This document shows, piece by piece, positions 53,090-64,000 of a stretch of DNA of 64,000 nt. The DNA comes from Balanoglossus misakiensis (taxonomy: Eukaryota > Animalia > Hemichordata). Under the pieces are notes generated by a model. The model was not told the origin of the DNA. It did not search any database and saw only the letters and a program-made list of their open reading frames with translations. Location of the stretch: NCBI GenBank assembly GCA_040954595.2, contig CM082590.2, positions 8,743,764 through 8,807,763 of the forward strand. The letters run 5' to 3'. Position 1 is the stretch's first letter; each line of letters starts with the position of its first letter. A program made the position numbers and the translations under genes.

Positions 53090-54560
53090 TCTCTAGAGAC
53101 GGTATCGACAATTAGTCAGTCACATGACAGTCGCATGTAAATGTACTGTATACGTAATCCAGGTGCAATGACGTCACGGGGAAAAAGGGGAGGAATGTGA
53201 GACTATAATGAGCGTCTTCCTAGTCACGTGAGACGCAGTGGTCATCGACATCAATCTACCATAGAAAAAAATAAATAAATCCCTGCCGGGAATCGAACCC
53301 GGGACCTCTCGCACCGTAGCCAATCGCTCTAGCCACTACGCCACACAGTCATTTGCATAATTTGCATGAATACTAAGATATAACCTATAGACTACGCTCT
53401 TGGTGGTTTACTTAAGTTATTTTCGGCACGCTACGATGAGAACGGGCTTATTTACGGCCCGTAACTTCCATGGTAGAATAAACTCGATAGAAAGATGTCT
53501 GTACTTTGTGCGATACTATCAAAAAAAATTATTTCTAAGGGCGCTATCGCGACTAGTGCTTGGGCAACGCAACACGTACACACAACCGATCTGGAGACGC
53601 TATTTACAATTAGTCGGTCACATGACAGTCGCATGTAAATGTTCTGTAATCGAGGGGCAATGACGGCTCGAGGGGAAAAGGGGAGGAATATGAGACCATG
53701 ATGAGCGTCTTCCTTAGTCACGTGAGACGCAGTGGTCATCGACATCAATCTACCATAGAAAAAAAAAATAAATCCCTGCCGGGAATCGAACCCGGGACCT
53801 CTCGCACCTTAGCCAATCGCTCTAGCCACTACGCCACACAGTCATTTGCATAATTTGCATGAATACTAAGATATAACCTATAGACTATGCTCTTGGTGGT
53901 TTACTTAAGTTATTTTCGGCACGCTACGATGAGAATGGGCTTATTTACGGCCCGTAACTTCCATGGTAGAATAAACTCGATAGAAAGATGTCTGTACTTT
54001 GTGCGATACTATCAAAACACTTATTTAAAAGGGCGCTATCGCGACTGTGTTTGGGCAACGCAACACAGCCCTGGATTCTGTACACTTTTTTTGGGGGGGG
54101 GGGGGGGGAGAGAACCCCTCCAGAGGGCGCTTTGCACGATGTCCGTCAAATACCAGACCACACACAGCCAGATCACGCAACTTTTGCCTAACAGATATGG
54201 CTTTGGCTGCGCCAACTCATAACACTGTATTTTTGCAATTATAAATTATATCGGAAAATAGTGACTTTAACCGGTTAAGATGGTTTGAACATTGACACCG
54301 CTTTTACTTGTTACTTTATTTGGAAATCATAATCCAGAAGAACACAATCCACATCTACTCTAGAAGAAAAAAAAATAAGAATCCCTAGTGGAATTCGAAC
54401 TCGTGACCTCTCGCACCAAAGTCAATCATTCTAGCAATTACGCCAAGAAGTAATTTGCATATTTAGGCTGAAAACTAACTGATAAGATGGACTATAAGAT
54501 TACGTTCTTGTACTTCACTTTTCGGCTCGCTACAATGAGATTGAGCTTATTTACGACCCC
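53090..54560 (-). repeat. ~493-bp tandem repeat, each unit carrying a tRNA-like Pol III cassette (53280-53350, 53773-53843, ~54382-54452)
   Basis: Minus strand TGGCGTAGTGG (A box)...GGTGCGAGAGGTCCCGGGTTCGATTCCCGG (B box, tRNA-Pro-like 3' half), then oligo-T. Confidence 0.8.
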
Positions 54561-54945
54561 TATATTACAATTGAGGTTGAGGGACTTGAGACAATAATTT
54601 TCCAGAGACTTTTATTTGTCCATACATGTATATTTATTTCAATAAAAACAAAATCATTACATACATAAGTAATTTCTTGCCTATTTCTGACGACCATGCT
54701 GGTGGTTAAATATTAATGTTGGTAGCAGCACACTTGTGACAGTGATTTTCTAGAGACATTATTAAAATGCAAATAATTATTTTCCATTGAATTGATCTAC
54801 AAAAACCAATATGAAATGAAAATAACTGTCCATACAATGTCTTCTTTTAATACTTTCATTTATTTTATTAAAAAAATCCAAGTGGCATAGGAAACAATAG
54901 TATGGAATAAGAATCAAATTTATTGCATTCAAAGGCCTAATATAT

Positions 54946-56870
54946 ACATTGTCATTCACTAATGTAGTGGGGGAGGGGAGGGGTGCTTGATGACTAGGGG
55001 GCTATAGCTCACCTCACATTGTCATTCACTAATGTAGTGGGGAGGGGGAGGGGTGCTTGATGACTAGGGGGCTATAGCTCGCCTCACATTGTCATTCACT
55101 AATGTAGTGGGGGAGGGGGAGGGTTGCTTGATGACTAGGGGGCTATAGCTCACCTCACATTGTCATTCACTAATGTAGTGGGGAGGGGGAGGGCTGCTTG
55201 ATGACTAGGGGGCTATAGTTCACCTCACATTGTCATTCACTAATGTAGTGGGGGAGGGGAGGGTTGCTTGATGACTAGGGGGCTATAGCTCACCTCACAT
55301 TGTCATTCACTAATGTAGTGGGGAGGGGAGAGGTGCTTGATGACTAGGGGGCTATATCTCACCTCACATTGTCATTCACTAATGTAGTGGGGAGGGGGAG
55401 GGATGCTTGATGACTAGGGGGCTATAGCTCACCTCACATTGTCATTCACTAATGTAGTGGGGAGGGGGAGGGATGCTTGATGACTACGGGGGCTATAGCT
55501 CACCTCACATTGTCATTCACTAATGTAGTGGGGAGGGGGAGGGCTGCTTGATGACTAGGGGGCTATAGTTCACCTCACATTGTCATTCACTAATGTAGTG
55601 GGGAGAGGAGGGCTGCTTGATGACTAGGGGGCTATAGTTCACCTCACATTGTCATTCACTAATGTAGTGGGGAGGGGGAGGGCTGCTTGATGACTAGGGG
55701 ACTATAGCTCACCTCACATTGTCATTCACTAATGTAGTGGGGGAGGGGAGGGGTACTTGATGACTAGGGGGCTATAGCTCACCTCACATTGTCATTCACT
55801 AATGTAGTGGGAGAGGGGGAGGGTTGTTTGATGACTAGGGGGCTATATCTCACATTGTCATTCACTAACTACATGTCTGCCTGACAGTCGAAATTTGTTC
55901 ATTTTGTTTGATGACTAGGGGGCTATAGCTCACCTCACATTGTCATTCACTAATGTAATGGGGGAGGGGGACGGCTGCTTGATGACTAGGGGGCTATATC
56001 TCACCTCACATTGTCAATCACTAATGTAGTGGGGGAGGGGGACGGCTGCTTGATGACTAGAGGGCTATAGTTCACCTCACATTGTCATTCACTAATGTAG
56101 TGGGGAGGGGGAGGGCTGCTTGATGACTAGGGGACTATAGCTCACCTCACATTGTCATTCACTAATGTAGTGGGGGAGGGGGAGGGGGGGGGGGTTGTTT
56201 GATGACTAGGGGGCTATATCTCACATTGTCATTCACTAACTACATGTCTGCCTGACAGTCGAAATTTGTTCATTTTGTTTGATGACTAGGGGGCTATAGC
56301 TCACCTCACATTGTCAATCACTAATGTAGTGGGGGAGGGGGAGGATGCTTGATGACTAGGGGGCTATATCTCACCTCACATTGTCAATCACTAATGTAGT
56401 GGGGGAGGGGGACGGCTGCTTGATGACTAGAGGGCTATAGCTCACCTCACATTGTCATTCACTAATGTAGTGGGGGAGGGGAAGGGCTGCTTGATGACTA
56501 GGGGGCTTTAGCTCACATTGTCATTCACTAACTACATGAATGCCCGAAAGTCGAAATTTGTTCATTTTGTTTGATGACTAGGGCTATAGCTCACCTCACA
56601 TTGTCATTCACTAATGTAGTGGGGGAGGGGAAGGGCTGCTTGATGACTAGGGGGCTTTAGCTCACATTGTCATTCACTAACTACATGAATGCCCGAAAGT
56701 CGAAATTTGTTCATTTTGTTTGATGACTAGGGCTATAGCTCACCTCACATTGTCATTCACTAATGTAGTGGGGGAGGGGAGGGGTGCTTGATGACTAGGG
56801 GGCTATAGCTCACCTCAAATCGTCATTCACTAACTACATGAATGCCTGACAGTCAAAATTTGTTCATTTT
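54946..56870. repeat. 70-bp G-rich satellite (~27 units) with an interspersed variant unit
   Basis: Unit AATGTAGTGGGGGAGGGGAGGGGTGCTTGATGACTAGGGGGCTATAGCTCACCTCACATTGTCATTCACT; variant AACTACATG...GTC[G/A]AAATTTGTTCATTTT at ~55867, 56238, 56530, 56679, 56832. Confidence 0.98.
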
Positions 56871-57349
56871 CTCATCAAAGCTTGCAGATGTCTAACATAG
56901 TGAGCCATGTTGAAAATACAGCTCAAAAGTACAACTCTGTAAATACGAACACCCCCAAAAGTAGCAATCTTTATTTTCCCAACAATTCAACATTTTCAAA
57001 TCATGTGCAAGTGTTTGTAATTTATTTTTGAGTGTGTCTTATACATATTAGACAGAAACAGTTCTCTTATCTGTTGACTGCCGATACGCAACTAAGGACT
57101 TGGCTGTCTGACTGTTTATTCATTATGTCAATCACAAATTCAAACTGAGCTGTTCTTTTCTACTCTGCGGTGTACAAGGTACTCCGGTCTGGAATGTGGA
57201 CGGCCCACACATCAGCTCAAACGAACATCTCATACCTGTGAAAAAAACATACCAGTCACATTACTATATTACAATTCATGGAAGATTTTATGATTTCATT
57301 TCATTTTCATTTCACAATGTTCAAATAAGACAAGGAAACATTATCAATA

Positions 57350-59740
57350 TTATTTGTAAAAATATAAAAATTAGAAGTGACTATTGTGTTCATCCTGAAA
57401 CAAAGCAGAATCAAATAAAGGCAAAAAGCCAGGTTAGAAACACAATGTCTCAATGTTTGAATTCACAAAACACTAGCAGAAATATCTCTTCTTTGAATAA
57501 TGCAAGAATTATTTGATCTTCTTTCACTAAAATCAATATTCTCATCTTTGTTTATCAATGTCATTATCAGTCGTATTACAGTGAGGAGATTGAAAAGTCA
57601 ATGAGGTCAACTCAGACAACTGTTCTCACCTTTTCCATTCATGGTCTGTATCCATGGTTTCTGACTGCTGTTTCGAGCACATCAATCCAGATCGTGAAAA
57701 CATGTTACCAAGGTGATATCATTTTCATCCTGTTAATAAACATGAACAAAATTGTGAGAATCACAAATTATTACAGCCTGTGTTGTTAAGTTTGAGGGCA
57801 TGTTTTTTTCACAAATCCAATATAGACAAACAGAAGCAACACACAGGCTGTTCATTCAAACCAAACACAAAATAGACAAATATCTAAATATATTTATATA
57901 GAAGTATAAAAAATAGAAGTGACTATTGTGTTCATCCTGAAACAAAGCAGACAGAATCAAATAAAGGCAAAAGCCAGGTTAGAAACCAGTCTCAATGAAA
58001 AGTAATGCACTATGGTAAATTCTCTTGAACATGTTTCGTTTCCATACGCAATGTCTTATGCAAGAATTAGTTGATCTCCTTTCAGTAAAATCAGTAATCT
58101 TATCTTTATGATCAATGCTGTTATCAGTTGCATGAGAGTAAGGAAACTGAGAAGTCAATGAATTCAACTGTTCTCACCTTTTCCATTCATGGTCTGTATC
58201 CATGGTTTCCGACTGGTGTTTAGAGCATATCAATCCAAACCGTGAAAACATAGGTTACCAAGGTGATATCATTTTCATCCTGTTAATAAAAATAAACAAA
58301 ACTGTGAGAATCATAAGTCATTACAGCCTGTGTTTGGCTTCGAACTACATCCACAGTACACTCCCATTTTCTAGAAAGCTCACAATCCCATACAGACATA
58401 AACAAACAACACACACTCTGTTAATTCAAGCCAAACACAAAATAGAAAAATATTTTCCAAAATAGTATAAAGAATAGAAGTGACTATTGTGTTCATCCTG
58501 AAACAAAGCAGACAGAATCAAAAAAAGGCAAAAAGCCAGGTTAGAAACACAATGTCTCAATGTTTGAATTCACACAACACTAGCAGAAATATCTCTTCTT
58601 TGAGTTATGCAAGGATTGTTTGATCTGCTTTCAATAAAATCAAGAACAGTCGTATGAGTGAGGAAATGTTCTCACCTTTTCCATTCATGGTCTGTATCCA
58701 TGGTTTCTGACTTACAGAACCACCAAGCATGTCAATCCTATCCTTGGAAACCTAGGTTACAAAGAAATAATTTTCTATGTTAATAAAACTATATAAATTG
58801 TGAGAATCACAAATCATTACAGCTTGTGCAGTTGTCAATTTTGAGAGTAGATCCACAGCACACTCCCATTTCTTACAAACCTTCACCAAACACTAACACA
58901 CTCACACACAAACAACACACACACACAAACAACACACAGGCTGTTCATATATAAGTCAAACACAACATAAACAATATCTATATATCTTTGTTAAAATATA
59001 TAAAAAATAGAAGTGACTTTGGTGTTCATTCTGAAACAAAGCAGAATCAATTACACGCAAAAAGCCAGGTTAGAAACCAGTCTCAATGAAAATACACTAT
59101 CATGGTAAATTCTCTTGAACATGTTCGTTTCCACACAGACTATCAGAAATATGTATCTTCTTCTATCTATGCAAGATTTGATCTGCTTTTACTAAAATCA
59201 ATATTCTCATCTTTGTATATCAATGTCATTATCAGAGGCTCACCTTTTCCTTTCGCTGCCCATATCCATGGTTTCTGACTTGGTTGGTGCTTACAGTACT
59301 TAAGAAACACAAGACTGTCCCAGAAATAAATGCTTTTTTCGAGGAAGTCAATCCTATCCATGGATACCTAAGTTTAAAAAGTGATATTACTTACAACCTG
59401 CAAATAAAAATACACAAAATTGTGAGAATCATAAATTATTTGATAAGTGCCAAACTACATTCACAGTACACTCCCATTTTCTACAAAACTCACTAATCAC
59501 ATACAGACACACACTGGCTTGTCATTCAAACTTAACACAATATAATAAATATATAATTATAAAAATATGGAGTGACTATTGAGTTCTTCCTGAAACAAAG
59601 CAGACAGAAACATGGCAAAGGCAGGTTAGAAAATGTTTAAATTCACAATACACAAGTAGAAATAACTCTTCTTCTATTTATGTAAGAATTGTGTGTTCTG
59701 CTTCCTTTTAAATCAATAATGTAATCTTTGTTTATCAATA
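57350..59740. repeat. Diverged ~540-560-bp tandem repeat, ~4.5 copies
   Basis: AGAAGTGACTATTGTGTTCATCCTGAAACAAAGCAG and variants at ~57373, 57915, 58476, 59009, 59569. Confidence 0.92.
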
Positions 59741-60159
59741 ACCCCCCCCCCCCCCTCCACAGTACTTCCGGGTTGCAGACTCCCCCCCCCCCCCCCTTAT
59801 CACGAACGATACTGGTGGTGATGTGTAAAAGCCAGTTACAATTTTAATGTATCAACTTACTCTTCCTTATTTGACGTCCACGGGTTCTCCAGGATTCTTG
59901 ATTCCACAGTCACGACAGCCACCAATGAAACAAGTACAAGAATCCACGTGACACGTGAAACATTGGATACATAAACAGCAGCGACCATACACCGTTACAC
60001 GGTCCGGTTATGGTCTCATGTTAACGGCTAGGGGTTTGGTTAGTGTTAGAGTTAGTGTTCGTTTAGCGTTAGAGCTAGGGTTAGGCAGTTTCGCGCAATT
60101 CCCTGACCGTTAACACCAGACCACAACCCGATACAACCAGGTGCAACATGGATGGATGG

Positions 60160-60590
60160 GCGCCGCCATTTTGAAATTGAGGTCAACAGGGGTCAAGCGC
60201 CGCCATTTTGTATGATGGCCCGCGCGAAGGAGTCTGGGTAACCGAGACTATCAAGCGCCGCCATTTTGAATAGAGGTAGTTGAGGTCAACAGGGGTCAAG
60301 CGCCGCATGCTGGCCCGCGCGAAGGAGTCTGGGTAATCGAGACTATCAAGCGCCGCCATTTTGAATAGAGGTAGTTGAGGTCAACAGGGGTCAAGCGCCG
60401 CATGATGGCCCGCGCAAAGGAGTCTGGGTAACCGAGACTATCAAGCGCCGCCATTTTGAATAGAGGTATTTATTTGAGGTCAACAGGGGTCAAGCGCCGC
60501 ATGATGGCCCGCGCGAAGGAGTCTGGGTAACCGAGACTATCAAGCGCCGCCATTTTGAATAGAGGTATTTGATGTCACAGGGGTCAACTT
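60160..60590. repeat. ~95-bp GC-rich minisatellite, ~4.5 copies
   Basis: CAAGCGCCGCCATTTTGAATAGAGG at 60252, 60347, 60442, 60541. Confidence 0.95.
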
Positions 60591-62665
60591 CAGGTCAATA
60601 TTGAAAACAAATCGAACCGCGGATGCCGTTGGCAAGGCTTTATAACGAAACTTTTAAGCTTTTTCAATAAATCAGAGATTGCGATAACAAAAATAAACCT
60701 AACCCTCGCCAGAATAGTTTTTTTTCAAGAAGAACTTCGCCCGTTATCACGAGCGCCCTCTTGCAACAGTCTAATCATATTACTTTGTTTCACATTGTGT
60801 AAGGGTGTTTGTTAGTCATGAATGCATGGAAATGCCTATCTAAGAACCCTGGCTAGGTCTTTGACTGTTATATATTTTACTGTCCAGATAAGAGAGTTCA
60901 GCCTTCTTTATGATGAAAGATCACATAAATTCTGCTCTAAGGGGGTACTTACAGTCATGATTGGGCCAATGTCCAATATATCTATTTACTCTTTCCATAA
61001 TTCCAATATGTCTTAAGTACGTATGATTTTCAATTGATTGTCATTCAACCACAAGACAACATGTTGTTATTAGAATGAGTCAACTTTTTTTACAACTTAG
61101 GTTTACAAATAAAACATCTCTCTGAAATAACTTAGTTTCTCTTGAGTATTCTAATAACTCCAAAATGTCAAGAAACACAAAGCAAATTGTTACATCAACG
61201 AGGCATTGCAAACTGTCATAACTAATAATACTGCTGGTAGTAACATTGGTGGAATTGAACATATAACCAGATCAATTGAACTGTGATACAGTTTCAAGAA
61301 GTTATAATTCTATTGGAGAATATATTCAATTAGTAAGTTTCTAATATTAACTAATACTGTAAAATGGTAAATTTTCACAAACTTTGTGAGAGCAAAAAAA
61401 AAAGCGCTAAAATTAGTCGCGAAAGAATAGTTATTTGGAGATAGAAAGGACATGAAAATAATCATCGCAGAATAAAGGTCAAAGTTGTAAGTCAAGAATC
61501 CAAAACAACACTGACAAAATAGCAAGGTCTGATGAAATTTACTTTGGCACAATTCCCTTCAAAATTTCGAACTTTGGCACAACTTAAATATTTTTTCTAG
61601 TGTCAGAAAACCACAAACTAAACAAGCCAATCAAACTGCTTCTTACAAATTTTAACAGTTTCAGCAATTTCTGTTAGGTAAAGTAAAACAAATATCTTAA
61701 TAGCACACAAGTCTTTTGAAATTACATTCGAAAGACAATAATAAATAGAAATTAAAGTATAATACAAAACAATCAGAAAAGTCACACAGAAAAAAAAGAT
61801 ATTAACAAAACATTCAAAATGACAAATTCGTAAAGTCAGCTTTAGTTCTCATAAAAGTAAACTTTTTGCCAAATTCTGTAAGTACTCAGTATTTAAATAT
61901 AATTTCAGGGTAGCTCAGTATCTACCAATGAAATCAATGATATATTAATCTATGCAATATTTTTGCATATGCATAAATTTACATAAATTATGAAGTCAAT
62001 TCAAGGGAAGAATCTAGCTATTCTTGCTAACTGTAGTTGAAGATATGTAACAAATATTTGCCTGTGTATATAAACTTTTCATTTTTGTAAAATATAAATT
62101 CAATTTCTTCAGTAAACAGTTGTAATCTTTTACGGCAAGATATTAAGTACCTATTTTGAAATTAGATTCAAGAGGTCCAAGTTGCTGTCTTTTGATGTTG
62201 TATAATTTCAAGCAGGTGTTAATTTTATCCTCTGAATTGAAACATAGGTTGTAGGCCCAGGAATCAAAAACTCATTCAGAAAATGCATCACTTTTAAAGT
62301 GCTATAATTAAACTTACAGATGTATAACAACTGGAAACAAATTTGCCTTCGATTTCTGATTCAGAAAATCATGCTTAATTTAATGTACAATCAGTCAATT
62401 AATTAATTTGTCTTTGTTTACATCTGTAATTTGAAGGGAAAAAGAATGAATATCAAAAGACAGCAAGTTTTTCTGCTCAATGTACTCTAAGTTCTATTTG
62501 GTGGAAATCAAATAAAAAACTGACTTACTGTCTTAAGTCAACTTTTCTTGTAACCTATCTATCTCTCTTCAGACTTTAGTCTTTCTAATAAACTGGAAGT
62601 TTTCATGATATACATATACCCTGTCATGTAAATGGAAGAATCCGTGATCTCTGAGTGGGACATTG

Positions 62666-63940
62666 CTAGAAATACTCTGTTCCAAGCCTGCTTGGACCAG
62701 CTCCATTTTCAAGAGGGTAGTCTGTAGAACTGGTTGTACCATTTAAGGTGTAGATGCCGGTTGGATAGTGGATTGGTTGATACTAGGTAGGTAAAGAAAA
62801 AAATTGAAAAGATCTTATTAAATACAGTGTTGGAAGACACACACTAGACAAACATTAGGCTGAAACTAACACTCTGCCAATATAACTACAGTAAACACTG
62901 GACCAACATTAGGTCACATTAACATTACACTATTACAGCCTAGCACTGGGAATTCTAGACATCAAAGTGTTGATACCAGACAGTTTATCAACCATTCCCA
63001 CCCCCACCCCTTTGCCCTTATTAGTGGCCCAACCAAACCATAGAAAACAATAGACTTGGACTGAACCATTGCAGCAAAAGGGTGACTCACCCGGAGTTCC
63101 ACGTCACCTGGATGCTCCCCAACCACAGGCTCCCTTCTGTTGGCGTTCTGTTGTTCCAGTTCCAGTTTCTCAAATTCGCTTTCGTGGAGCGACGCCCTCA
63201 ACAAACCTGGCTGGTACCCGGACGACCACAGAAGCTCGTCCACATCTTCTTGTCTGGGCGTCGGTACATCCACTTTTTTCCTGTAAAACAAAAAGAATAA
63301 AGAAATAAATACATATATACAAGAACGAATATATACATATAAACAAAGAAGCAATACCTACATACCAACATGCTAACATATCCATCAATCCATCCATCCA
63401 TCCCAGATCCATCCATCCATCCATCCATCCATCCATCCATCCATCCATACATACATACATACATACATACATACATACATACATTTTAGTTCAAACAAAA
63501 GTCATTAGGCCACTGCTACACTGTTCTTTTTTGTCAGACACGGGTATAAAAATTACAAGTGAATAACAAACGGCAAAAACTTTACCTTTTGCAACAAACG
63601 ACCAGCAGGGTTATAGCCAAAGCTATCAGCAGAAATCCGGCAATGCCACCAACAACAATAGCAATCCATTTCAATTCTGAAATAACAGATATGGATGATA
63701 TCAAGCTCTTTCTTTATTATCCCATTCATGAAACCATGGCAACACACCTCTTGTTTCGATCAAACTGGTGCTGAAATTTTTTTCACAGTTTGGAAGTGTC
63801 GTCACAATATCAAAGTAGTTTAAGCCTTTCACTTGGTTACGAGAAACACAAAATGCATTTTCTTGGCCTGATAGTTCTACTTACTTTTTAATTCTGGGTC
63901 CTCTTCTGTACAAGTCAAACCTACATAGCCACTGACACAG
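62666..63940 (-). CDS. 3' end of a single-pass membrane protein with juxtamembrane EGF-like module (exons 63940-63885, 63676-63586, 63280-63091, 62782-62666); continues beyond the window
   Basis: Spliced: ..[67 protein letters not shown]...[21 protein letters not shown]...RLGTEYF*; GT-AG sites with consistent phases 1, 2, 0. Confidence 0.85.
63380..63484. repeat. (CATC)n/(CATA)n microsatellite
   Basis: Directly visible. Confidence 0.97.
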
Positions 63941-64000
63941 CTGAAACAAAAAAATAGTGATCATTAAAAACCTTCTGAAAGATCCCTTTGCTTAACCCTT

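Noticed and set aside
44241-60773. One 16.5-kb TIR transposon bounded by the 28-bp inverted repeat at 44241-44268 and 60744-60771
   Set aside because: Both ends also carry the same ~90-bp interior in direct orientation (44357-44450 vs 60626-60712) and no TSD or transposase is seen; two truncated copies of one small MITE explain this better

Overview
Intron-rich, repeat-rich animal genomic DNA; a marine invertebrate, possibly a deuterostome, is an inference only. The window holds: (1) the last five coding exons of a G-alpha-q gene (5571-9744, +) followed by a long non-coding tail; (2) a tRNA-Lys(TTT) gene; (3) a 3-exon gene for a 183-aa secreted or GPI-type glycoprotein; (4) a three-exon reading frame broken only by two TGA codons; (5) a ~29-exon, ~1526-aa kinase-less ROCO gene (acylation motif MGNFCCKK, ankyrin array, Roc GTPase, COR, split death domain); (6) ~17 kb of satellites, tRNA-derived tandem repeats and MITEs; (7) the 3' end of a minus-strand EGF/transmembrane gene. 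The standout is the ROCO ankyrin region: 17 near-identical phase-0 single-repeat exons in near-identical introns. Amino-acid variation concentrates at ligand-contact positions, and there are mosaic exons, a block duplication and decaying copies. This is a candidate diversifying 'natural DARPin library' intracellular sensor. All exon calls come from manual reading of splice sites and frames; no database search was run.
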